DNA of 61,889 nt, filler included, from Sphacelaria rigidula (lineage: Eukaryota), in NCBI GenBank assembly GCA_964200075.2. It is 8 parts of 8 records of this genome, joined end to end, with 100 filler letters (N's around TTAATTAATTAA, not from the genome) between each part and the next. Parts side by side here need not be neighbours in the genome. Positions count along the whole stretch, not along the records: positions 7,750 to 15,398 come from CAXNAA020013936.1; positions 15,499 to 23,147 come from CAXNAA020013937.1; positions 23,248 to 30,896 come from CAXNAA020013938.1; 5 more parts are not named here. One strand, written 5' to 3'. Of this stretch, positions 13,279 to 24,176 are shown piece by piece. Each line of letters starts with the position of its first letter. Within the stretch, counting starts at the first letter, position 1. Position numbers and translations under genes: made by a program. Under the pieces are notes generated by a model. That model searched no databases. It worked only from the letters and a program-made list of their open reading frames with translations, and was not told the origin of the DNA.

Positions 13279-13544
13279 GTGCGATCACTCGGACAATTAG
13301 GCGTCGTCGGGGTTTGTATGAGTCTTGACGCGACTTGATCCCATCGTTTTGTCACGCACTTCGAGATGGACTCAGACCAGTGACATGGCCTCCCATGGAG
13401 CACATCCGTGGTAGTCCAGGCCACGAGTTTGAGAGGTCTGAGTTTGATACAATGAAAAACTCAGAGACAGTCCGTGAGTTCTACACAGGACGCATGTCAG
13501 TATGTGACAGTGTTGAAGACACATTTTGGCGCGGGAGGGGACCC

Positions 13545-15150
13545 ACTCATATGTTGCTCGCCTCAGTCATTTGACCATTGACCACGTATCACGTTCGAGA
13601 CGGAGCACCGTTCGTACTCCTCCTTGAGACGCCTCCATCATTTGGGTGCTCATGTCGTTTCTTTCATGCAGTACACAAGAAGCTTTTTTCGTACCTTATC
13701 CCCGTCCTACTTTGCCGTCTGTGACCACCATCTATATCTTATTATGGCGACCGTTTTGTTGCTCCTATCTACACTACCGAGCGTTTTCATGGTACGTTCG
13801 TATTTCTTGCTCCGTTCCCCCTCTATCACATCCCTTTCCTCCTGGTATAGTGTACATTCTCTCATTATATGAGTTCTACTTTCTGTTGCCTTACCGCAAG
13901 GGCAGTTCTGTTCATCTACTTCCCCCTACACTGTTCATCTACTTCCCCCTACACCCCACCACTTGTACACCTCTCTTTTCGTTTTGGCAGGCCCAGGTCC
14001 CCCACCCGGTATCGCGGCTTTAGCCTCACCGTATAGTCCATATGATCATATAAATATGCTTTCATCGCTTTCCCTTCTCTCAACCTCCCGTATATCTTCA
14101 GGTGCTCTTTCTCGTCTGTTTCATGTCTTAGCGCTTGTCATCATTTATATCGAGCCTTTCGTTTACTCCTGTTTTGTATCCCCCATACTCACCTGTGAAG
14201 GCTGTCTCGTCTTGGTTTCCTCCTATATCCTCTAGTACTTTCTCGACGACGGTATCCTACCTCATTCCAGTCTCCCCTTTCGTTACTTTCTTCGATGTAG
14301 CCCCATCGACTATGGCTGGTAAGCTCTCTCTCTCTTGACATGTTCCTTGCGCTATGTTGTCATTTCATTTTTGTCAGGTCTCTGTTTGTTCCGTGTGAGC
14401 AAAATCCTCATTCTGCTCTTCACTGTGCTACTCGTCGTCTTTCAGCATTCACGTGTTTTCTTAGCTGCCGTCACTTGTATTGTCCTCAGCTGCCTTTCGA
14501 ACTTCGCGCTCCCTTCCGGTATTTGTGCATATTCTAGCATTGGTACAATCACGTTAATCAGAATAAGTATCTGAGTCCTAGTGCTGAGTTACGAGTCTCC
14601 TAGTATCACGTCCATCTTGGCTACTCATGCCTCACTCTTCCCCAATACGTCATCTACGTGTGCGTAAAAAAAACAGTTGTTTGCTATCTCTACGCCGAGG
14701 TATGTATACTGATCTACGATCCGCAATTCCTCTTCTCCCCACTTCCGTTTGAATTATACCGGGCTCCCCATATCTTCGTGACATATAACTACCATGCATT
14801 GTTGATATTGGCCGTCACTCTTCGTTTCCTACTGTACCCTGGTGCCTTCTCGATTTGTTTCTGCAATTCCTTTTGTGCTCCGATATCCCCGCGAAATCGT
14901 TCGCGAACATCAGTGCCGATATCGCAGCCTCCCGTACCTTGACTCCTTGCTTTGTTGCTTCTACCGTTACCATCATGTCATCAATACATGCCTTGAATGA
15001 CGGTGATGACGTACATCTTCTGCCACTCCTCGTAGCTGATCAGCATATTTCGAAATTTTCCCATCTAGCATCGTAGCATGTCTCGCATAGTCTGTCATTC
15101 TTTTCACCATTATCGGCACCTTTCCTCAGATCCCATCTTTCCACATCATT
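13545..15150 (-). mobile_element. Decayed non-LTR retrotransposon (LINE), 3' part of the RT ORF, antisense to and downstream of the last visible exon
   Basis: Minus-strand remnants ISALMFANDFAGIS (~14880-14925; degenerate [Y/F]ADD), KWGEEELRIVDQYTYLGVEI (~14685-14745) and C-terminal knuckle NCPCGKATESRTHIMREC (~13850-13910), with frameshifts and stops. The 3' end matches the copies at 15530, 51420, 54067 and 58616. Confidence 0.85.
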
Positions 15151-15527
15151 GTCCACAGCCCATTCCTCCGTGCTGTGTCATAGGGATCTTTTAAATCTAG
15201 GAAGAAGCAGTGAAGTGTTAGCCCCGCGTCTTTGGTACCTTGAATAACCTCACGTCATGTGTACGCATGGCCTACGCAGTTACGGTTTGTCGTCAACCAT
15301 GCGTGCCCCACGCTGATTGTTTCTTCTTTGAACAGCCGATCATCTATGTTGAGGATGGTGCTTTTCATTGAGGATGAGAACCCCGAGGATAATCTTCGNN
15401 NNNNNNNNNNNNNNNNNNNNNNNNNNNNNNNNNNNNNNNNNNTTAATTAATTAANNNNNNNNNNNNNNNNNNNNNNNNNNNNNNNNNNNNNNNNNNNNGG
15501 GTCATTTTGGGTTCAAGCTCAAGACGG

Positions 15528-15760
15528 CACATTTGTTGCTTGCCTTATCCGTGTGACCATTGACCACGCATCCCTTTCGAGACGGAGCACCGTTCCCACT
15601 CCTAATATAGACACCTTCAACATTCCAGCGCTCATTACGTTTCTCCCATGCGTTACACAAAAACCTTTTACATATCTTATTCCCGTCCTGTTTGGCCGTC
15701 TCAGGCCACTGGATGGGGGCGTCAAAGTGGCTTGGGTTGGTCGTCAAATCCTATAGATCA
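15528..15760 (-). mobile_element. 3' fragment of the same LINE family
   Basis: CATTTGTTGCTTGCC...GACCATTGACCACGCATCCCTTTCGAGACGGAGCACCGTT matches 13550-13620 and 58619-58690. It encodes the ORF C-terminus (...GNGAPSRKGCVVNG..KASNK). Confidence 0.8.
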
Positions 15761-15923
15761 CCCAGTGATCGACGATTGTTTCCGCGAAGTGAATGATGAA
15801 TCGGCATATTTTCCGGAAAATGTGGGATATACTTTGGTTTCACTCCGCCTACGGCGGCGCGGTTGATTTCCCGTGTTGGGGGGGGAAGCGGAGGTTATAC
15901 GTTGCGCCGTGTGTGAACCGTAC

Positions 15924-16135
15924 TGTAGCCAAAATATACCAAGGCGTAGTAAATGTAGGTAGGATCCTGGATGATGACCCTTGCTGTGTAGCCTATGCCT
16001 GAAGGTACACGCCGCAGTCGTTTACCCCATGAAAATAACAAGTGAGAAAAAAGGACTTGTTAAGCACGAGGCCAGTGCTACTGGAGGAGTCCCTCGTGGA
16101 TAGTCCTCTTGTCCAGATCGCTGGCAGAGGCTACA
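15924..16135 (+). repeat. 5' LTR (212 bp)
   Basis: TGTAGCC...GGCTACA; aligns along its length with 22085-22331. Confidence 0.93.
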
Positions 16136-16329
16136 ATATCTAGATATTATTCTTCCGTCACTCTGTTGGAGGAATTTTGGCTGAGGAGAGATTGGGCTGC
16201 AGCATAGAGCCAGTTCGGCCCTCAGACGGAAGACAGCTTACAGCGCACAGCGTTTGGAGGAACACACTCCGCTGGAGGGACGCTCAAGTAAGGCAAGAGT
16301 CTATCCGTGATTTCTGAGTCATAGAGAAC

Positions 16330-16857
16330 ATGGCTCGAGCGGCAACGATGCCGCTGGTTTGGGATAAACCGTTAGAATCGTCAAGGCATGACCAGCATAA
16401 GCACCAGAAACAGCTGCCGACTTCGCGAGCGTTGTTTGCTCGCCTATGTTACAATTGTGGAGACCATGGGCATATTTGCAGAAGTTGCCCCAAGCCTCGC
16501 GCTAAAGGCGCTGCGCAAGGAAATGCGCGAGATAGGTCAAGATCTCGAGGCGGTCGTTGTGGCGGACAAGGTCGGAGCAACCAGAGATACGGATGTAGAG
16601 GCAGGGGCCAAACACGAAACCAAGCGACGGAGAATTGCAATTCCGCCGCTACTGTATCCTTAAGTGCGTTTTCAGGTGATGATGCTAGATCTCTAGGTTC
16701 GTCTGTGTCGGGGCGGCTAACATATGTGGGAGGAGGTAATACTTTGGTGGGGAGTGCTGGAGCGGAAGGCTCGCAACCCATAGGCCCGGCAGGATTCGTG
16801 TCGGGTATATCTTCCACTGTTGCGACGAATGCAAAAGCATCGATGTCAAGTGCTTAA
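16330..16857 (+). pseudogene. Gag remnant with CCHC zinc knuckle
   Basis: CYNCGDHGHICRSC followed by an RG-rich tract; stop codon before the protease. Confidence 0.8.
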
Positions 16858-16875
16858 GCGCTGCCATGGCGTCGA

Positions 16876-17340
16876 GTGACTCTAGGTACTTACCAGAGTT
16901 TTTCTTCGGCAGGTGTGGTGCCTGTCGACCGCAGCGCAGAATGCCTGCGCGCTGATCTATCTATACCCGGTTCTGTTGGTTCATTTATGGCTCGCGTTTT
17001 TCTCGACTCTGGATCAGCACTCACATCAATAAGTATGGGGTTGCTACAACAGATGTGTTCACAGCTTGGATGCGCCCAGCTACAGTTACCATTTGAAAAT
17101 GGGCCGCAAATGGCACAGAGCGCCACGGGTGCGCCCGTGACTGTTTCTCATAGTACGGTGCCTATTGCTGTAAGCTTGCGAACGTCGTGGGGCGCTGTGG
17201 AGATGTCGCCAATCACTTTCGCGGTCATGCCTGGCAACGACAACGTAGTGTGTTTGGCATGGCGACTATGAAGGAATTCGGGGGAGATTTGTATCCGCTG
17301 GCTTTGGAAAAGTTACGCCCGCGTGCTGTGCCGGTGCAGA
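16876..17340 (+). pseudogene. Retropepsin (aspartic protease) remnant
   Basis: ARVFLDSGSALTSIS active-site motif; FAVMPGNDNVV then a frameshift into VFGMATMKE. Confidence 0.82.
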
Positions 17341-17729
17341 CCGGCGTGAACAACCCTAGTCAGCTAGGCGGTTGATCGTCCCTGAGTGGTCGTTTCAAAG
17401 TGAGAGCAAGAAGGGGAGAGGGGGAGAGGAAGAGGAAGCTCCTGAGAGTGGAGCCGTACCGCCTATGAGGGTGCAGCCACAGGCACAGGCGACGGCTGCG
17501 AAGGCCCAGCCCAATTGCATCGATCCGGTGAAGGTCGGGTGGCTAGCTTCGTGCGTTGCAGTTTTGGTGGTGTTTGGGTTATTATACTGCAGTTTGTAGT
17601 CAAGCTCGGAGAGAGCGGCGATGAAAATGCTGGAAAATTTCTGCTCCCGACGGGTGAGCGAATCCAAGGTGGGGACGCACATTCCCCCTCCTCACCAGGA
17701 TCAGGTGCAAGGTGGGGATAAGGTGCAAT

Positions 17730-17885
17730 GTACTCGCCCGGAGGAGGTGATGAAATTCAATTTCCTCAGTAATGGAGCGAGTGGTCAGCTGGAAAATGGT
17801 GGGTTGGACGACGGAGATCCGTTCCGAGATAATTTGGTGATCAAAGACGATGTGAGCAACTTCGTGTGGTTGGAGCCCGCAAAGT
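17730..17885 (+). pseudogene. Integrase core fragment 1
   Basis: RPEEVMKFNFL...FRDNLVIKDDVSNFVWLEPAK resembles the start of an rve core. Confidence 0.7.
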
Positions 17886-20800
17886 CTAGTGTGTGTAGAC
17901 TCTAGCCACCACTGTTACCTAAGGTCAGGGACATTGTAGGTAGAGTTGCGGGTCTGATTGCCGGACTCTATGATGGTGACCTCCGTGACGAGTAGAGCCG
18001 GTTTTGCCACTCTGGTGGAGAGAGGCAGTGGTCCTGTTCTCCTGTACTATGCTGAGGGTTAATACATAAATAACTAAAGCTGCTGAAGTCCATGTACCCG
18101 TGATGGGAGGAGTCCACATGGCAATCTGATCTTGAGTGACGGAAGCCTACAATGAACGTTCATGAAGTCCGCTGAGGCGGTAGGTCCGCTGAAAAGCAGC
18201 TGACACTTCAAGATAGGGAAGTCTGCAGGCCTGATCGGTTTGCAGTAAACAAGACCAGCTCAGGGCGTGTTAACGTCGCGAGGAGTTGAAGAAGTAGAGC
18301 CGAGGAGGTTTTGAGGCAGTGCTGGGGTGGGCTGTGGTATCGCTCGTGCGAGAGGTGCGGGGGGTTGACCGGCAGCTGGCGAGCCCGTGCACGTTCCAGA
18401 GAAGCGGCGAAATTACTGCCTGGTGGGGCCAGCGAGAGTTGCTTGTTCCACGCTTGGCCAGGTACGGCCAGGAAGAGGAGTCTAGGAAGGACTTCAAAAC
18501 GTGGTGAGAGCTGCGTGAAAAGAAGTGCTGTCGTCGCCATAGTGTGATGATAACGCTCGTCTTGGTGTACGGGCCGAGTTGTAGTTTCTGTGCTTAGGAG
18601 GCAGCTGAAATTTGTCACATTTTTGGAAAATTTTGACATGGCAAGGCTCAGGATCCAGCACCTGATTGTGCCAAGCACACAGAAACTAACGCCAGCGGCT
18701 GGCCGGCGCGCCGCGGCTGCGGCCGCCGCAGCGGGTAGTGGCGGTTCTGACTCGAAAAAGCCTCACAAATCTTGTCCCGCCACCCAGAAACTGTCGTCAG
18801 CGGCTGGCCGGCGCGCCGCGGTTGCCGCAGCCGCTGATGAGCCGAATATCGCGCCCAACAAAAATGCAGTGCCCCGAGGCTGTCGGCGTTGTGTGGGCCG
18901 AGGTTGTCATAGGTGCGATGCCTTGATGCTACGGCGGGAGCAAGAACTACTCCGCAGGAATCTCTGCTTCAAGGAGAGGTGGATTCCAAGTTGACGGATT
19001 TAGATCCGCGCGATAGACTTGTGTTCGATGACCAGCGTGTAGCTGAGGACACGCCTTGCATGCTCGAAGCTGCAGGGGGGTGTTATTCTCGTCATGCGGA
19101 CGAGCAAAGCGAGCTTGGGGTTCGCCATGCTCATGGCAAATCTGTGTGCGCCGACAATATGGCGGGAGATTGTTCAAATGATTCGCAGGGGTGTCTGCTT
19201 GAAGGAGAGCTGGATGCACAGTTGGCGGAGCCGCCGCCGGAGCAACGTGGCGCTGTGGACACGCCGTGCATGCTGGAAGCAATAGGGGTGAGTAACCCGC
19301 GTGAAGCAGGTAGACAGAGCGAGCTTCAGGCTTGTGATGCTATTAGCGGTCATAATTCCTACAGCGACGGTGAGCGTTGCGTAGTGTTGGGGTGGTCGTA
19401 TGCACTGCTATTAACATGGACAGGTTTGTCGTGCTTGGCGGCGTTGATCGAGGTGTCTCTGCCGCTGCATGGTCAGGTGCTTGAGGAGGATGGTGTGATG
19501 CCATCAGGAGGTGTTTCTGTGCGGGACTCTATGGCTGTTCTCGTTTCGCCTCGTTTCCTCTGAAGAAACGACTGAAGCACGAGCTTTCGCTGATGCTCAA
19601 GCATCTGTGGGGGCCGAGGATTAATCGTATTGGTTTGGCGGTGCGAGTATACCGTTTGGTGGAGTGCTCAGCGGCACTGTGGTGTACTCATCTACATGTA
19701 GCTGGACCGATGGTACACGGAGCGAGTGTTCGCATGGAAACGCGGGGCTATGGTATGCATGAATTTGTGGCGCGATTGCTGCTGTTTCTCAGGAGCGGGC
19801 TGGAGGACTCCAAAGAAGGCATTACATGAGGTGTTCGCTGTTGTGGTGAGCGCCGAGTTGGGTACTGATGTTGAGGAGCAAGTGCTGTGGTGATTGAGTG
19901 CTTGTTGAGAATGAGGAAACACATTATGACTGGTATTCGCGAATCGTTTTGAGAACGATTGCAGCTTGTCATTGTGTGGTTTGTGGTCATGTTTGCGCAT
20001 TAAACATGGTTGTTGAGCGAGTATGATCGTATCGCGTGTGCAGGGTAAAACTCTGGCGTACACGTGTATATTTGGCATGTGTGTGTGGTGCTGATGTGGT
20101 TGGCACGGATGATGCATGGTGTTTGCTGCGAGGAAGGTGGCATTACATGTGCTGGGTGAAATATTGGCATGCATGTGCGGATTTTCATATGCTGAGTGGA
20201 ATTCTGGCAGGCATGTGCGAATTTTTGCTCAAATGGTATCTGGTGACGACCTAGGGTGGGGCAGTTTTCAATATACTGCTGTATGCTAAATGAAGAGAAG
20301 CTCGAATGATCTTGTTCGCGCAGGACCATAGTCGAATCATATTTGTGCGGTTTGCACGTACTGACTGCAGGATATATGGATTGCTGCTGTTTGCGTAAAA
20401 TATGAACTGAAAGGTACGAAATGCGCAGGCTCGTCGTATGTGAGCAGGTATGACGAAGTGCTTGCGGTGGCTGAAGACATTATGCGCGCATGCATCAAAG
20501 ATCTTTGAAAGTGGCACGTTTTCGTATATTGTCACGTGTTTGAACGAGCACGTGTTTGGTTCTTCGTTCATGTCAGAAGGAGCATGTGGATAATACGTCC
20601 ATGAGTTCGAAAACGAAATCACGAGGGGTGATGAATGATGGCGGAGATCGAGGTCCGTTCGCTAGAGGTGGCTGCTAGGAGCTACCGTACGAGAGGAGTT
20701 GTTGCTCTCTGGTGTGCAGAAGGTAGTGGTTCCAGTGCCGCTACTTCGCAGGAGCGGACCGGAAGCCTACAAAGCGGGGATCACCTGAAATGAGTGATAT

Positions 20801-21580
20801 AGTGGTGAGCTCCGGATAAAACATTGTTGAGGAGCAAGTACTTGTGAGGGTACTTGTTGAGCATGAGGACACACATGATGACTGGTATTTCCGAATCATT
20901 TTCTGACGATTAAAGGTTGCTATAGTGTGCTTTTTGGGTCATATTCGTGTTGCTGTTCGCGCATGAAGCATGACAGTAGCGCGGGTGTGCTCGGGTTGCG
21001 TTCGCTGGAAAATGCCGGTGTACGCGTGGAATATGGTAGGCGTGTGTTGTGCTGCTCTGAATAGCATGCATGATGCATGGTTTGTGCAACACGGGTTGCA
21101 TTGGAGACCCTGAGTCAAATATTGGCATGCATGTACAAAATTTCGTATGCTGGTTAGAATATACGAATTTTCGTATGCTGAGTAGGATCTTGGCATGCAT
21201 GTGTGGAATTTTCGCTCGAATGCTACTTATGTGCATGGTGTCTGATGACCGTCAGGGTGATGTAGTTGACAAAATACTGCTGAATGATGAATGGAATAAA
21301 CCTCGTACTGACTGTAGGAGACGGTGACTGCTGCTGATGACGTGAAAATGAGCTCCAACTACGAAATACGTAGGCTTGTTGTCTGTGAGCAGAGATCACA
21401 CGAGTTAACCTGTGTTTGAGGATAAAAAAGTTATGCACGAATGAAAAACTGATTCTTGCCCGTGGCACGTTTTTGGCGATACTATTCAAGGTATTGCGCA
21501 AGGTGAGGTTGTTCAATTTGATTTTGTACGTCAGAAGTAGCGAACTCGACTGCACTAACTGCCTGATAGTTTGCTGTACC

Positions 21581-21820
21581 CTCGTTATCCCGGATGATTT
21601 GTCGAATTTCGTTTGGTTGGAACTAACCGAGGCTTGCACTTCCGAGGTTACGGCTGAGTATTTGTTGCAATGGTGCAAAACTTTGAGAGTGCGGCGTGTG
21701 TGGATTAGAGATAACGGCACGCACTTCGAGAACCAAGTACAAGAATCGCGCAGCAGAGCGTCGCGCTGGAGGTGCAACACCCATTTTATGTTGCGTATAC
21801 CCATTGGTTGAATGGTTCTG
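21581..21820 (+). pseudogene. Integrase core fragment 2
   Basis: LVIPDDLSNFVWLELTEACTSEVTAEYLLQWCKTLRVRRVWIRDNGTHFEN (DNGxxF motif), then a frameshift into a VAYTHWLNG-like segment. Confidence 0.8.
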
Positions 21821-22084
21821 AAGCAGGGGTCATGATATTGTTTTGGTCGATTGACATGGGTTCGGTGCTGAAGAAAGTACGTAGCAGTCTCTTCGGAAGA
21901 TAAATATTTCTGCGCCTGAATTTGTTGCGCAGGAATTGCGTAAACTGAGGTTGACTCGAGCGCTGACGAGTGAATTAGCGTCGGAGTATGGCATTTCTTC
22001 GTGATTTGGAGCATGCGAATTCGCCTTGGTTTTTTCGTTGGTTGTCAAGCCCGTTCGTTTGTCTTAAACTCGCTTTCGGGGTGC

Positions 22085-22331
22085 TGTAGCCAAAACATAC
22101 CAAGGCGTAGTAAATGTAGCATGTAGGATCCTGAATGATGACCAGGGGACAAGGGCATCCTGTGGGTGATGACACTTGCTGTGTAGCCTATGCCGGAAGG
22201 TACAGGCCGCAGCTGTTTACTCTATGATAATAAGAAGTGAGAAGAAATGACTTGTTGAGCACGAGGCCAGTGCTACTGGAGGAGTCCCTCGTGGATAGTC
22301 CTCTTGTCTAGATCGTCTGGCAGAGGCTACA
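22085..22331 (+). repeat. 3' LTR (247 bp)
   Basis: Same sequence as the 5' LTR with scattered substitutions and an extra ~30-bp segment at ~22143-22175. Confidence 0.93.
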
Positions 22332-22429
22332 GTACTCTGCGGATTTAAAGCTATACGTCTAAAAAAACAAGAGCAAAAGGCAAGAACTAACACGCGAATT
22401 CAAGGCTTTATTAAAAAAAACTGAACGAA

Positions 22430-22700
22430 ATATGCACGGTTAGGACGAATCATCACGACCAAGAACCACCAAATCCACGATTTTTCCGGCCTGATTGCCC
22501 AAAAGGGAGAAAAAAGTTGACCGCTGGTCCAAGGAGTATCCACGCAACTTTTGCGACATTCCACGTGTCTGAGCTGGGCGTACCTGGGGTGCAACGCTGA
22601 AAACAAAGCGTAGGGATTGATTGGTACGGGTCGAATGCGTTATACTAAAACCAAGTAATTTACAGACGAATCATTGTTTGTCCGACCCTTGGAATTATGT
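22430..22700. repeat. Interspersed repeat, inverted copy at ~59790-60060
   Basis: CTGATTGCCCAAAAGGG...GACCGCTGGTCCAAG...CAACTTTTGCG..ATTCCACGTGTCTG...TGCAACGCTGAAAA matches the reverse complement in contig 8. Confidence 0.8.
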
Positions 22701-23247
22701 TTCCCTTGTTTGAGGTGTAGGAAGATCGGGCAGAGGATTGGATATTGCCCTATTGGTCGAATGTTTCCCCAGCATATTTTTATTTTCCGGGTTCGCCTTT
22801 CTTGTCATTCATGACTTCACGTGAAAGAAAACTCCTTTTTCGTTGCTTTTCGAGGCTATCATCGCAACTCTGGTGAAGACTCGTCTGGGTGGGCTAGTGT
22901 CATGAGGGCGTTTATGGCCAAATCAAGGACTGTGGGGTTGCAGGTTTGATCAGGCTTGATTAAACCGGATGTGAGCTTCATGGAAAGGGAATAGAGGATC
23001 ATAGTAGCCACCCCCCCCCTGTCTCGCAAACCAGGCAGGGAAGATGGACAAGGGGATAGCTACACTCCGAGCACAGAACGGTAAGATGGTCAGTAGTTCG
23101 AACGGAAAAAGAGGAGTGCTAGTCGAGCACTACCACAAACTAGGAACNNNNNNNNNNNNNNNNNNNNNNNNNNNNNNNNNNNNNNNNNNNNTTAATTAAT
23201 TAANNNNNNNNNNNNNNNNNNNNNNNNNNNNNNNNNNNNNNNNNNNN

Positions 23248-23330
23248 CCCCGGCTGATGCGCCCACATATCCCGAGAGGGGTAGACTGGCGCCCAGAATA
23301 AATGGGATGACAACACACAACAACAAATAT
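23248..23330. repeat. Interspersed repeat (retroelement-end-like, next to a (CA/TG)n-type tract), inverted copy at ~41285-41380
   Basis: GGCTGATGCGCCCACATA...GTAGACTGGCG.CCAGAATAAATGGGATGAC matches the reverse complement of GTCGTCCCATCTATTCCGGACGCCGGTCTAC...TATGTGGGCGCACCAGCC. Confidence 0.75.
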
Positions 23331-23432
23331 TGACCATATGTCCAGGGCTTGAAAAAAGACCAATAAAAAATCACAAGAACACAAAACTACTTTCCAAAAT
23401 TATGAGCGATACACATAATTAATTAACGTATA

Positions 23433-24176
23433 CTTCCTCTGTCCCACAAGATGAGCGCGTTTGGGGGTTTTGCCGCATTTCTCGTGCGTCTTTTCGGCTT
23501 CGCCCGAGCGTTTTTTCCATCTCTTCGTGAAGTTGTGGAGCAGAACTCGAAACTGAGGCTTTTGCCGAGCCCCCACGAGACAAGCAGCTACACTCATGGC
23601 GATCAGAGTGTGTCGGTCGCGCACAACCGGAATCTACCGCTTGACAACCTTCCCATAGGTTTTTGGAGAAAGTTTTTTTTCATGGTCCCCGAGGCGTTTC
23701 GGAGAACCGCCCGAAACCGTCATTTTTCAGTCTGCCGCCACCGCAGCACTATCTGAGCACGCAGCAGTCCGTGCTCCCAAGGGCAGCAGCCGTCAACAAG
23801 CGAGGACACCCTGTGGCCCGCCCTCTTGAGCATCACAGATCATGTCGACGAACCAGACTGCTGTTAATGCTGTTGGTGCGGTTTCCGCTTCTGTCGGCGC
23901 GGTTTCTGCCGCTGTTGGCACTCCCTACGCCAAACCTCTGGCTCTCCTTCGAAAAATCTCACTACATAAGCCCCTTTTGTCATTTTCTCACGGCGGGGAT
24001 GATAACATGTGATCCCCTTGGCCTTTTTTTTTTCACATGATGGCAACCATATGTGGAAAACATGTTGGAGGTCTAAATGTCGACAACAACTGTACTGGGT
24101 ACAATATCACAATATTTCACTAGGGGCTTATCCAAAAAGATTTTCCAAACGGGCTTATCTTGTGGGACAGAGGAAG
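23433..24176. mobile_element. Complete Stowaway-like MITE (Tc1/mariner non-autonomous), 744 bp, TA TSD
   Basis: 32-bp TIRs: CTTCCTCTGTCCCACAAGATGAGCGCGTTTGG and the reverse complement of 24145-24176 (2 mismatches). TA on both sides (23431-23432, 24177-24178). No transposase ORF. Confidence 0.9.

Larger units (their letters stand above)
15924..22331 (+). mobile_element. Ty3/Gypsy LTR retrotransposon, non-autonomous and decayed, with both LTRs and a 4-bp TSD
   Basis: Paired LTRs start TGTAGCC and end GGCTACA. GTAC lies immediately outside both ends (15920-15923, 22332-22335). Gag knuckle, protease and integrase remnants are internal; no recognisable RT/RNase H. Confidence 0.92.

Noticed and set aside
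18380..18520. Chromodomain remnant in the Gypsy element
   Set aside because: ELLVPRLARYGQEEES is only vaguely similar, the key aromatic residues are missing and the position is inconsistent.
21223..22014. 263-aa minus-strand ORF and other long ORFs (55408-56130, 60505-61149 frame)
   Set aside because: Antisense or off-frame shadows of integrase, motif clouds or real exons; no independent coding signal.
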